The notes: generated by a model from the sequence alone, not told the origin. Shown: positions 1-8,407, numbered from the stretch's first letter. The stretch: 20,040 nt of DNA from Halodesulfurarchaeum sp. (GCA_042216015.1 JBDGUI010000050.1:1-20040), one strand, 5' to 3'. Numbers and translations: made by a program.

Positions 1-1010
1 GCACGCGGCGAGTCCCCTCCATGCGGCGTTAGACGCTCCCTGACCTGCACGGTCACGGCGGCCTCGGTCGTGTCGTCGACCACCACCGCTTCGCCGACCC
101 CGTCGGGCAACCGTTCCTGAATCGTCTCGTCGATGTACGTGGGTCGCGCGGCCGCGAGCGCGTCGATGTCGGCCGTCGCAGTCAGCCGATGGGAGAGCAG
201 CAGGTCGGACTGGGAGATCGCTACCGACGGAAGCGCCGCCGGTCGCTGGGTCGCAAGCACGAGACTCACTCCGGGATGGCGCCCGCGGGTCAGGATCGTG
301 CGAAGGGGCGGTCCGGCGATCCCGTCGACGACCGCCTGGGCCTCGTCGATCATGAGCCAGGGAAGCCGGGGGATCGACTCCGCGACGGCCGTTTCGTAGA
401 GGGTGCGAGCGACCGCGGCCGTCACGACGCCGAGGGCCTGGTCCGACAGACGGGTGGCATCGATCACCGTCGTCGCGGGGCCGAAGAGCCGCTCCGCGTC
501 CAGCCCGTCGGGGTGAAAGACCTCCCACTGGGCCGCCAGGGAGAGATGGTTGGACACCGCCTGGATCACCGATCGTGGAGCATCGGCCCCCTCGACGGCG
601 TCGATCATCTCCCCCAGCGTGTCTGCCCCTTCGGCGACCTGCCAGAGGAGCGCGCCGGGCGCGCCCGTGGGATCGAGTTCGAGCAGGGCACACCAGTCCC
701 TCGGCTCGAGCGCGTCGGCGGCGACGGTCGGGGCGTCGATCACCGTGGCGTGGGCGCCCTCAGCAAGCCCGTCGAAGACGCCCATCGGATCGACGAGGAC
801 GCCCGTGACCCCGCGGGCCGCGGCGATCCCCTCTGCCAGTACCCCGAGAGTGTAGGACTTACCCGAGCCGCGCTTGCCCGCCAGGAGGGAGACGTGGGGG
901 CGATCGAGGTCGAGTGCCACGCGTGCACCATGGCTTCCGTCCCGGGCCAGAAACGACCCGAGCGAGGCGGTTGGCCCCGCCTCCGCTTTTCGTCCGAGTA
1001 CGTGAGACAC
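1..1010 (-). CDS. HerA/FtsK-superfamily (DUF87-type) P-loop ATPase, 3' end just outside the window
   Basis: Not in the ORF track because it is truncated. Manual translation from GTG at 1010 gives MSHVLGRKAEAGPTASLGSFLARDGSHGARVALDLDRPHVSLLAGKRGSGKSYTLGVLAEG (Walker A), in-frame WLMIDEAQ (Walker B, ~340-359), TRGRHPGVSLVLATQRP (HerA/FtsK arginine finger plus ATQRP) and ...RLTPHGGDSPR at the edge. The middle was not translated codon by codon. Confidence 0.88.
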   Translation of the reverse strand, partial: MSHVLGRKAEAGPTASLGSFLARDGSHGARVALDLDRPHVSLLAGKRGSGKSYTLGVLAEGIAAARGVTGVLVDPMGVFDGLAEGAHATVIDAPTVAADALEPRDWCALLELDPTGAPGALLWQVAEGADTLGEMIDAVEGADAPRSVIQAVSNHLSLAAQWEVFHPDGLDAERLFGPATTVIDATRLSDQALGVVTAAVARTLYETAVAESIPRLPWLMIDEAQAVVDGIAGPPLRTILTRGRHPGVSLVLATQRPAALPSVAISQSDLLLSHRLTATADIDALAAARPTYIDETIQERLPDGVGEAVVVDDTTEAAVTVQVRERLTPHGGDSPR

Positions 1011-1035
1011 GGGCCGAGTTTCCCCCGTCTTTTCC

Positions 1036-1061
1036 TATAAACCGTCACACGGAGGTTTATG
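1036..1061. promoter_or_regulatory. Back-to-back TATA-like boxes of the divergent ATPase and pilin-like genes
   Basis: TTTATA on the minus strand (1041-1036) is ~26-31 nt upstream of GTG 1010. TTTATG on the plus strand (1056-1061) is ~26-31 nt upstream of ATG 1087. This is typical haloarchaeal leaderless spacing. Confidence 0.6.
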
Positions 1062-1086
1062 TCCGAAGGTGGGTCCAGGGTGATCC

Positions 1087-1542
1087 ATGTCGTGGCTCGA
1101 ACGACTGGCGGCCGACGAACGGGGTATCGAAGGACTGCCGGTTCGGTTGATCATCGCGTTCGTGGTGGGGGTTGCGGCCCTCTCGGTGATGCTCAACATG
1201 ATCTCCGGGGTCGAATCCTTCGCGGTGGCGGAACTCGACGTGAAACCGGAACCGAACGTGATCGGTCCCGAAGCACAGACGATCGAACTGACGGCGATCG
1301 GGAGTGATGACTCACCGGTCGCGGACGCCACGATCATCGTGGAGGCCGGAACCGCGAAACTCGACTCGATGGTCGTCGCGACGACTGATGGAGACGGGAC
1401 CGTTCGAGTGAGGATCGATCCGGCGCTCGGTCCCAATCAGGTGAAGGGGACCCTCTCGATCGACGTCGAGCCGCCAGCCGGCTCGAACTACATGGATCGG
1501 CGGGAGAACAGTCAAATCACCGTTGTCCACGAGGGGGCCTGA
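1087..1542 (+). CDS. Pilin-like membrane/secreted protein with class III-like signal peptide and Ig-like/carboxypeptidase-regulatory-like beta domain
   Basis: Short charged leader ending DERG, then IEGLP and a hydrophobic helix (VRLIIAFVVGVAALSVMLNMI). The acidic beta-rich C-terminus contains PVADATIIV...TTDGDGTV. Confidence 0.7.
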   Translation: MSWLERLAADERGIEGLPVRLIIAFVVGVAALSVMLNMISGVESFAVAELDVKPEPNVIGPEAQTIELTAIGSDDSPVADATIIVEAGTAKLDSMVVATTDGDGTVRVRIDPALGPNQVKGTLSIDVEPPAGSNYMDRRENSQITVVHEGA

Positions 1543-2280
1543 TCAAACCCGGTCCCACTCGATCCAGTCCCGCTCCCAGTCGGAACGTCGTGGAGCGGCG
1601 CGAGCGGCGTGCTCGCGGTCCTCGCGGGCCGTCCGATTTCGGGTGACCGAGCCGGGTTGCTCGCCGTCGACGAGGAGGGGCCGGAAGCCAACCGGGCCGA
1701 AATCGGCGACCTCACTCTCGTCTTCCACGGCGACGAGTTGCTGGTTTGCCTGGCCGACCGGGGCGACGAGGCGCCCGCCGTTGGCGAGCTGATCGCGAAG
1801 CGCCCGTGGGACGCGCTCGACGGCGGCTTCGAGCAAAATCAGGTCGAAGGGGGCATACTCCGGGTAGCCACCGGCGCCATCGCGGCAGTCCACGAGGACC
1901 TCCCGGTAGCCGGCCGTGTGGAGATTCCCGCGGGCGTCGAGAACGAGGGCCCGGTCAATGTCGACGGCGTGAACGCGTTTCGCCCCGACGATCTCCGCGA
2001 GAACGGCGGCGGTGTACCCGACCCCGGCGCCGACGACCAGAACTGAATCGCCAGGCTGGGGGTCGAGCGCCTGTACGAGCTGGCCGGCGACGCTCGGTGC
2101 GAGGACCGTCGAACCCCGGTGCGTGAACGACTGGTCCATGTAGGCCCGGTGGTCGGCGTCGACGAACTCGTGTCTCGGGACCTGGCGCATGGCTCCGCCG
2201 ACCGGGTCGGCCTCGATCACTCCCTTCGTGTCGTGTTCGAGGCTGTCGACCATCTCCTCTCGCACCGCCGCGAACTCCAT
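1543..2280 (-). CDS. Protein-L-isoaspartate O-methyltransferase family protein (divergent paralogue)
   Basis: Start placed at MEFAAVREEMVDSL (2280). Contains VPRHEFV, SAM motif I variant VLVVGAGVGY, DGAGGYPEYAPFDLI and QLANGGRLVAPVG. Confidence 0.85.
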   Translation of the reverse strand: MEFAAVREEMVDSLEHDTKGVIEADPVGGAMRQVPRHEFVDADHRAYMDQSFTHRGSTVLAPSVAGQLVQALDPQPGDSVLVVGAGVGYTAAVLAEIVGAKRVHAVDIDRALVLDARGNLHTAGYREVLVDCRDGAGGYPEYAPFDLILLEAAVERVPRALRDQLANGGRLVAPVGQANQQLVAVEDESEVADFGPVGFRPLLVDGEQPGSVTRNRTAREDREHAARAAPRRSDWERDWIEWDRV

Positions 2281-2320
2281 GTGCCGTACTACGGATGGAG
2301 CAAGAAAAGCCGCGCGGATC

Positions 2321-2962
2321 TCACGGTCGGCCACGCATCTCGACGAAGCGCACGCCGCCGAGATCCGTCCGGTCGAGGGAACCGTCGGGGCGCTTTTCCG
2401 CTTTCACGAGGCGTTGGGCGCCGTGACCGAGCGGGCCGAGCAACAGGCCATCCACCCGCACCTGATCGACGACCGCCTCTGGGAACTCGCCTGCCGCACA
2501 TGTCAAATAGGCCACATCATAGGGTGCATGTTCGGGCCAGCCATGATACCCGTTTCCCTGCCGGATCGAGATGGCCCCGTAGCCGAGCTCGGCGAGGCGC
2601 TCCCGGGCGGACTCGGCGAGCGATTCGGCGTACTCCACGCTGTAGACGTGTTCGGGGCCGACGAGTTCGGCGGTGACCGCGGCGTGATAGCCACACCCGG
2701 TCCCGATCTCCAGGACGTCCGCTCCGGGATCGGGGTTCAATTCGTCGGCCATCAGTGCGACCATGTGGGGCGCGCTAATGGTCTGTCCGTCACCGATCGG
2801 GAGGGGCCTGTCGGCGGAGGCCGCCGAGCGCCTCCCCTCCGGGACGAACTCCTCTCGAGGCACGGTCGCGATCGCCTCGGCCACCTCGGGCGAGAGGTCA
2901 TACCGGGACTGAAGTCTGTCCGCAAGTTCGCGACGTTGGGATTCGAACTCGCGTGATGGCAT
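2321..2962 (-). CDS. pcm: Protein-L-isoaspartate(D-aspartate) O-methyltransferase
   Basis: Start at MPSREFESQR (2962). Canonical PIMT motifs: VPREEFVP, LPIGDGQTISAPHMVA, VLEIGTGCGY, GWPEHAPYD, VRFVEM. Confidence 0.93.
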   Translation of the reverse strand: MPSREFESQRRELADRLQSRYDLSPEVAEAIATVPREEFVPEGRRSAASADRPLPIGDGQTISAPHMVALMADELNPDPGADVLEIGTGCGYHAAVTAELVGPEHVYSVEYAESLAESARERLAELGYGAISIRQGNGYHGWPEHAPYDVAYLTCAAGEFPEAVVDQVRVDGLLLGPLGHGAQRLVKAEKRPDGSLDRTDLGGVRFVEMRGRP

Positions 2963-2979
2963 GAGCGGACGGAGTGAGT

Positions 2980-3636
2980 TCACCAGGCGGACCAGGCTCG
3001 CGAGGTTCCGGCCTCGTAGCCGTAGACTCGCTTGATGTCCTTCGCGAGGACGGAATCGCCATCCTCGCCGAGTTTCTCGAAGGGGTACCGGTCGATGGCG
3101 GTCTCCCTGACGTGAACGTTCGTGACCTCGAATTCGTCCTCGCCCAGCGTGACGGTCTCGCCAACGGTGAACTCGAAGTCCCCCGGCAGGTAGGCCCGCA
3201 GGCTCCGGGTGTCGTCGGGGTCGCCCTCGCGGGGATGGAGGGTCACGTTCACGCTCACGTTGTCCACCGCGCGGGTCCAGAAGGTCTCGATGTCGCCGGC
3301 GTCGGCCGTCGAGACGCGTTCCTCGCCGGTCTCGAGGTCGGTGATTCGGACCTGCATGATCGCCTCCTCGGTCTCGACGATGAACTCCTCGCCGACGCGC
3401 ACGCGTTCCTCGGGGGGCACCGAGACGGTCGTCGAGAAGGACTCGCCATCCTGGGAAACGACGACCGAGCGTTCGACCTCGCGTTCGCTCTCCGGGGTCA
3501 CCTTGTGGACGTGTTCGCACTCCGTACAGCGGACCGTCAGTCGACCGCCGCCGGTCGAGAGCACCTCGTGAACCGTCTCCCTGTCGGGGGAGCACGAGGG
3601 ACACGAGACCGGAATCCGGTCCGGGTGGTCGTTCAT
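2980..3636 (-). CDS. Archaeal zinc-finger protein (HVO_0476-like family)
   Basis: Start at MNDHPDRIPVSCPSC (3636). Has CPSC...HEVL...CTEC-x-H, an acidic beta-rich body with FWTRAVDNVSV, and C-terminal AKDIKRVYG...AWSAW. Confidence 0.82.
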   Translation of the reverse strand: MNDHPDRIPVSCPSCSPDRETVHEVLSTGGGRLTVRCTECEHVHKVTPESEREVERSVVVSQDGESFSTTVSVPPEERVRVGEEFIVETEEAIMQVRITDLETGEERVSTADAGDIETFWTRAVDNVSVNVTLHPREGDPDDTRSLRAYLPGDFEFTVGETVTLGEDEFEVTNVHVRETAIDRYPFEKLGEDGDSVLAKDIKRVYGYEAGTSRAWSAW

Positions 3637-3658
3637 ACCTGTGCTAACGGGGCGTCGC

Positions 3659-4618
3659 CTAAGTATGCGCCGTGTCTGGGGCGGGCAACTCGATCTCCTC
3701 CCCGTCCACCAGCACCGTCGGGTCGAGAATGATGCCGTCCTGGTGGATCGGCGCCTCGGTGTCTCCGCCGATGCCGGCGTCGTCACCGATCGCCAGGTGG
3801 ACGGTCCCCGCGGCCTTTTCATCGAGGAGCACCGATCCGACCAGGTCGGTCACGGCGACGTTCGTTCCGATGCCGAGTTCGGCGAGGTTGTAGGCGTCCC
3901 TCCCGACCTCCTCGGCCGCCGATTCGACGGACGCCCTGATCGAGTCGTCCTCGATATCGGTAACGAACCCGGCTTCGACCTCGAAGGCGAGGGCGTGTCC
4001 CTTCTCGAGCCGACCGTAGGGTCGCATGGTGCCGTCCACGACGAACCGGCCGTTCGCGGTTTCCGGGCTGACGAACACTTCGCCTGCGGGAAGATTCGAG
4101 AACGTCCCCGGGTCGGCCACAGCCCCGGTGTCGAGTCTCCACTCCCGATTGCCGGGTTCGACGGTGATGTCGGTTCCCCCCGGGGCAGTGATCCTGATCT
4201 CCTCGGCCCCGGCGACGGCCCCGTGGACGCGCTCGCAGGTCTCCCCGATCAGGTCGTAATCCGCCTCGAGCCCACGTTCGAAGACCCCCTTCGTGATGGC
4301 GGGGAGGGTCGCTCCCCTGACGCCGGCGTCCGTGGCGTCGCTCCGCGCCCTGGTGTGGCTGATGCTCTTCGACGTGGGTGCGAGAAAGGCGTCGGTCTCG
4401 GTCAGGGCGCCGGCGACCGGACCCGGTGGCTCCTCGCCATGCTGATCGCCGGGAGGGTAGGTAAGCAAAACGGCGTCGTCGGTGACCTCGCGTGCGACTT
4501 CGTACAGGGCCTGTCCGATCTCGAGGCGATCGTCGTCCGTGATTATCAGACAGCGCTCGTCCGGTTGTAACCCGAGACACTGGTGGACTGCCGTCTCGGC
4601 CCCTGGCTTCAGTCCCAT
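3659..4618 (-). CDS. Aminopeptidase, M29 (thermophilic metalloprotease/aminopeptidase T-like) family
   Basis: Motifs NLPAGEVFVSP, AELGIGTN, LLDEKAAGTVHLAIGDD, PIHQDGI; 319 aa. Confidence 0.9.
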   Translation of the reverse strand: MGLKPGAETAVHQCLGLQPDERCLIITDDDRLEIGQALYEVAREVTDDAVLLTYPPGDQHGEEPPGPVAGALTETDAFLAPTSKSISHTRARSDATDAGVRGATLPAITKGVFERGLEADYDLIGETCERVHGAVAGAEEIRITAPGGTDITVEPGNREWRLDTGAVADPGTFSNLPAGEVFVSPETANGRFVVDGTMRPYGRLEKGHALAFEVEAGFVTDIEDDSIRASVESAAEEVGRDAYNLAELGIGTNVAVTDLVGSVLLDEKAAGTVHLAIGDDAGIGGDTEAPIHQDGIILDPTVLVDGEEIELPAPDTAHT

Positions 4619-4642
4619 GGTCGGATCTCGGGGACGGTCTGG

Positions 4643-4786
4643 TTAGCCCTTACGCTCCTCGAGGGTTCGTTCGTGCTCGAGCAACTGAAGGCACTGCCTG
4701 AGGTGATACTGGGCTTCCGGGTGCGAAATTTCTCCGAGGGCCGCCTCGAGTCGGTCGGCAACGGGCTGGTGTCTGCTCTCTGTCAT
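4643..4786 (-). CDS. Small helical protein, 47 aa (below the ORF-track cutoff)
   Basis: ATG 4786 to TAA 4643: MTESRHQPVADRLEAALGEISHPEAQYHLRQCLQLLEHERTLEERKG. TTTTTA (minus strand 4827-4822) lies upstream, and the ORF fills the intergenic gap without overlap. Confidence 0.65.
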   Translation of the reverse strand: MTESRHQPVADRLEAALGEISHPEAQYHLRQCLQLLEHERTLEERKG

Positions 4787-4890
4787 ACGTGTCTGGTATC
4801 GGTAGATACTGGCACAGCTGGTAAAAACTTACCCCACGAGTTTCGAATCCACACGAAACGGTTTTCCCCATTGGGTGGGGACTCTCGGGC

Positions 4891-5901
4891 ATGATTCGCG
4901 TCGGAATCACCGGCTATGGGACGATCGGCAAGCGGGTCGCTGACGCCGTTTCCCGTCAGCCGGACATGGCCGTCGAGGGCGTCGCGAAGACGAGGCCGAA
5001 CTACGAGGCCCGCGTGGCGGTCCAGTCCGGGTATGACCTCTACGCCGCGATCCCCGACCGGGCGGCCCAGTTCGACGCCGCCGGCGTCGAGACCGCCGGG
5101 ACCGTCGAGGAACTGGTCGAGAAAAGTGACGTCGTCGTCGATGCGACCCCGTCGGGGGTCGGGGCGGAGAACAAGTCCCTGTACGTCGAACACGGCACGC
5201 CCGCGCTCTTTCAGGGCGGGGAGTCAGCCGACCTCGTCGACGTGAGTTTCAATGCCCGATCGAACTTCGACGCGGCAACCGGGGCCGAGTACGTCCGTGT
5301 CGTTTCCTGCAACACGACCGGCCTCTCCCGGCTGGTGGCTCCCCTCGAGGAGGCCTACGGGATCGACCGGGTTCGGGCCACGCTGGTGCGCCGGGGCGGG
5401 GATCCCGCCCAGAGCGACCGGGGCCCGATCAACGACATCCTTCCGGATCCGAAGACCCTGCCGTCCCATCACGGCCCGGACGTCAGGACCATCTTTCCCG
5501 ACCTCTCAATCGACACGCTCGGGCTCAAGGTCCCGGCCACGCTCATGCACATGCACTCGATCAACGTGACCCTGGAATCCGAGCCGGACGAATCCGACGT
5601 TCGGGAGCGGCTTGGAGACGAAGAGCGGCTCTGGCTCCTCCCGGAGGATCTCGAGGTCGACGGGGCCGGGGACATCAAGGAGTACGCAAAGGACGTGGGC
5701 CGACCTCGCGGAGACGTCTGGGAGAACGCCATCTGGGCGGAATCGCTTACGGTGAACGGCCCAGAACTGTACCTCTTCCAGGCCATCCACCAGGAGTCAG
5801 ACGTCGTTCCGGAGAACGTCGACGCGATCCGGGCGGTTCTGGGAAGCGAGGACGCAGAGACCAGCATGGCGCGGACGAATACGGCACTCGGCATCGAGTG
5901 A
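4891..5901 (+). CDS. gap: Glyceraldehyde-3-phosphate dehydrogenase, archaeal type II
   Basis: [13 protein letters not shown]ossmann motif, catalytic [38 protein letters not shown]. Confidence 0.96.
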   Translation: MIRVGITGYGTIGKRVADAVSRQPDMAVEGVAKTRPNYEARVAVQSGYDLYAAIPDRAAQFDAAGVETAGTVEELVEKSDVVVDATPSGVGAENKSLYVEHGTPALFQGGESADLVDVSFNARSNFDAATGAEYVRVVSCNTTGLSRLVAPLEEAYGIDRVRATLVRRGGDPAQSDRGPINDILPDPKTLPSHHGPDVRTIFPDLSIDTLGLKVPATLMHMHSINVTLESEPDESDVRERLGDEERLWLLPEDLEVDGAGDIKEYAKDVGRPRGDVWENAIWAESLTVNGPELYLFQAIHQESDVVPENVDAIRAVLGSEDAETSMARTNTALGIE

Positions 5902-5945
5902 GCGGGCCCCGGTCGACTCGACATCGAGTGAGACGGCCCCGGTCG
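5886..5945 (+). repeat. 30-bp tandem duplication spanning the gap stop codon
   Basis: actcggcatcgagtgagcgggccccggtcg (5886-5915) versus actcgacatcgagtgagacggccccggtcg (5916-5945), 27/30 identical. Confidence 0.9.
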
Positions 5946-5989
5946 GAATCGTTCGGAGCGACAGGCGAATCCGAGGGGGTTTCCCAGTC

Positions 5990-6017
5990 CGAATCCTTAT
6001 GCGCGCTCGTGGCCAAA
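5990..6017 (+). promoter_or_regulatory. hsp20 promoter with heat-shock-type flanking elements
   Basis: CGAA (5990-5993), CTTAT (5996-6000) and CAAA (6014-6017) precede ATG 6026. CGAA/CAAA flanks around the TATA box are described for haloarchaeal heat-shock (chaperonin) promoters. Confidence 0.5.
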
Positions 6018-6025
6018 AATCACCC

Positions 6026-6418
6026 ATGAACCAGGGCGATCGCGATGACCCGTTCGAGGACATCTTTCGCGAGATCGAGCGGATGATGAACGAAATGGTC
6101 GGCACGCCCGGACCGCAGACGGGCGGGCCAGGAACCGAGATGCAACAGGCGACCTCGACCCACGTCGACGTCTACGAGGACGAGGAGGGAGTCCGAGTCG
6201 TGGCCGATCTTCCGGGCGTGGAGCGCTCTGACATCGGCGTCCAGTGTGATGGCGAGTACGTGACGATCTCGGCCGAGAGCGAGACCCGATCGTACAACGA
6301 GCGGGTGGCGTTGCCCGCCCACGTGGATCCGGAGTCCGGGAGTGGCACCTACAACAACGGCGTGCTGGAGGTCACCTTCGACCGCTCGCGGTCGAAAACC
6401 GACATCGACATCGAGTAA
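6026..6418 (+). CDS. hsp20: Small heat shock protein, Hsp20/alpha-crystallin family
   Basis: Start at MNQGDRDDPFEDIFREIERMM. Alpha-crystallin domain (VDVYED...VVADLPGV...YNNGVLEV) and C-terminal IXI motif IDIE. Confidence 0.93.
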   Translation: MNQGDRDDPFEDIFREIERMMNEMVGTPGPQTGGPGTEMQQATSTHVDVYEDEEGVRVVADLPGVERSDIGVQCDGEYVTISAESETRSYNERVALPAHVDPESGSGTYNNGVLEVTFDRSRSKTDIDIE

Positions 6419-6423
6419 CGAGT

Positions 6424-6477
6424 TCTCGCGGGACCGGTAACACCGTGCCCGGGATCTCCAGAATCGGTCACGCGAGA
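6424..6477. terminator. Inverted repeat between convergent hsp20 and rpl10e (possible terminator or 3' stability stem)
   Basis: tctcgcgggaccg (6424-6436) pairs with cggtcacgcgaga (6465-6477), 12/13 bp, 28-nt loop. Confidence 0.4.
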
Positions 6478-6526
6478 CATCGAGCGCAACTTTTGGGCAC
6501 CCCGCCGGGAGATTCCGCCTCCGAAT

Positions 6527-7057
6527 TCAGGAAATCAGCAGTTCCTCGCCGCGCTCGACGTCGATCTTGCACGGCGGGGTGATCTTGTTGTACGCGCGGC
6601 GGAAGGCCTCCTTGACGACGGGGGCCTGCTCGACCGTACACCAGGCGGTGAGGAGCTGGTCGCCCGCGTGGACGCGAGCGGCCGTGCCGACCGGGACGCC
6701 GAAGGACTGGCGCATGCCGTCCGAAACCCGGTCCGCGCCGGCGCCGGTCGCCTGCTTGTTCTCGCGGAGCACCTGGTGGGGGAACTTCCGGAGGACCATC
6801 TTGTAGGTGCCCTCGCCGAGTTCCTTGATGAGGTGGCGATTCGCCGAGAGGCGCGCGGACTCGAGGGAGCCGTGGCGGAGCTGACTGGTCTCCTCGGGGG
6901 AAAGCGAGATCTGGACGGGGTAGTCCTCGGGGTCGGCGTCCAGGTCGCCCATGTTGTGCTGTGCGATCTTCGAACCCGGAATACCGGTGATGTAATCGCG
7001 GCGCGTGTACGCCGGCTTGTCGATCTTCCGGTACATGGAGGCCGGCTTGTCGGTCAT
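6527..7057 (-). CDS. rpl10e: 50S ribosomal protein L10e (uL16)
   Basis: Start at [10 protein letters not shown] (7057), 176 aa. Contains [56 protein letters not shown] box ~31-36 nt upstream. Confidence 0.97.
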   Translation of the reverse strand: MTDKPASMYRKIDKPAYTRRDYITGIPGSKIAQHNMGDLDADPEDYPVQISLSPEETSQLRHGSLESARLSANRHLIKELGEGTYKMVLRKFPHQVLRENKQATGAGADRVSDGMRQSFGVPVGTAARVHAGDQLLTAWCTVEQAPVVKEAFRRAYNKITPPCKIDVERGEELLIS

Positions 7058-7174
7058 AGTTACTACCCAAAAGCAGACAGAGTACGCGTATAAGGCCTTC
7101 GAAGCCCGCGCTGCCGGTGGCGAAATGGCGACGACGTGGTGGGTATTATTACCGTCGGCGACAGTTATCCCGGT

Positions 7175-8407
7175 ATGAATCACGCGCGACGCATCTCTGC
7201 GATCGCTCTCATCATCCTCGTCCTTCTCACGGCGGTGCCGGCACCCGTGGCGGCCGCGGACGTGACCCTCACCGTGACCGTCCAGACCGAGAACGGCACG
7301 GCTGTCTCGGGGGCGGAACTGACCGCGACGTGGGGCGAGAATTCGACCACCGCCACGACCTTTTCGAACGGGAAGGCCCTGCTCGACGTTCCCGAGGGGG
7401 CGACCGTCGAATTGACCGTGACCGACGAGGCGTACACGCGAAACAGTCCGGTCGTGATCGAGGAGGCCACCGAACGGGACGTGACGATGACGGTCCATCC
7501 GATCGCCGAGGCGACCATCTCGGTCAGCGACCAGAACGGCCCAGTCGATGACGCACTTCTCACGCTTTCCCAGGACGGCACGACGGTCGTTTCAGAGCGC
7601 ACGACCGACGGATCGGTACAGACCGGCGAGATTGCGGCCGGGACCTATCACATGACCGTCGAAAAGGCCGGGTACTACACCGTCGAAAGAACCCTCGAAA
7701 TACCCGCCAATGGGTCGATCGAGCACCGGGTAACGCTCGAGCGGGGATGGGTGACGATGCAGGTCGAGGTGATCGATTCGTACTTCGACCCGCCCCGGAC
7801 GCTCGGGGGAATCACGGTCACCGTCGAGACCGTCGGGACGGTCAAGACCCAATCGAACGGGCAACAGCAACTCTCCGTCCCGGTCAATACCGGCCTGACG
7901 GTTCGGTTCGAGGCGCCCGAGTACCAGACCGTCGAGCGAACGGTCGAAACGGGCGAAGAGCCGGTGAGTCTCCAGGTCGAACTCGACCGGGCCGACGCCC
8001 TCAACGTGACCGCTCACACGACTCGGGTGGTCGTGGGCCAACCGGCTTTCATCTCGGTCACCGACGAGTACGGCGCTCCCGTCGCCAACGCGACGGTGCT
8101 CCACGACGGTGAGGCGGTCGCCGAGACGGACAGTGAGGGGTGGGCTCGGATCCCGATCGAGACCGTCGGCACTCACGAGATCCGGGTCGACGATGGCGAG
8201 GTCACCTCGAACGTGACCGAGATCACGGCCGTCACTCTCGAGACGGTGACAGTCCCGGAGACGGAGACCCCAGGGACGACCGAAGCTCCCGTCACGACCA
8301 CCACCGAGTCGACGGGGGCACCGATCCCCGGCTTCGGCCCGATCGTCGGTCTCCTGGGAATCGTTCTCGGGGTCGGCATCGGACTGTTCGGGCGCCGGGA
8401 GAGGTGA
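7175..8407 (+). CDS. Cell-surface glycoprotein with repeated beta-sandwich domains and PGF-CTERM archaeosortase sorting signal
   Basis: Sec signal peptide [28 protein letters not shown], repeated PVxxA beta modules, several N-x-S/T sequons, Thr-rich linker, then IPGFG + hydrophobic helix + RRER. Confidence 0.88.
   Translation: MNHARRISAIALIILVLLTAVPAPVAAADVTLTVTVQTENGTAVSGAELTATWGENSTTATTFSNGKALLDVPEGATVELTVTDEAYTRNSPVVIEEATERDVTMTVHPIAEATISVSDQNGPVDDALLTLSQDGTTVVSERTTDGSVQTGEIAAGTYHMTVEKAGYYTVERTLEIPANGSIEHRVTLERGWVTMQVEVIDSYFDPPRTLGGITVTVETVGTVKTQSNGQQQLSVPVNTGLTVRFEAPEYQTVERTVETGEEPVSLQVELDRADALNVTAHTTRVVVGQPAFISVTDEYGAPVANATVLHDGEAVAETDSEGWARIPIETVGTHEIRVDDGEVTSNVTEITAVTLETVTVPETETPGTTEAPVTTTTESTGAPIPGFGPIVGLLGIVLGVGIGLFGRRER

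Noticed and set aside
1..1010. HerA ATPase as part of a NurA-HerA repair operon or a Sir2/nuclease-HerA defence system
   Set aside because: No nurA, mre11, rad50, Sir2 or nuclease gene is upstream in the window. The neighbour is a divergent pilin-like gene, and the downstream context is not visible.
189..1040. 283-aa plus-strand ORF and other ORFs listed in 133-1150
   Set aside because: Antisense or off-frame shadows of the minus-strand ATPase, which carries the recognisable motifs.
2963..3604. Long N-terminal extension of pcm (427-aa ORF); similar extensions on rpl10e, YbhB, carbonic anhydrase and the dehydrogenase
   Set aside because: The extensions are low-complexity, Arg-rich or overlap real neighbouring genes. 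Family homology begins at internal ATGs, and long open frames are expected at high GC.
5899..5931. Selenocysteine or programmed readthrough at the gap TGA
   Set aside because: The GAPDH domain is complete before the stop, the next in-frame TGA is 10 codons later, and no SECIS-like evidence is seen.
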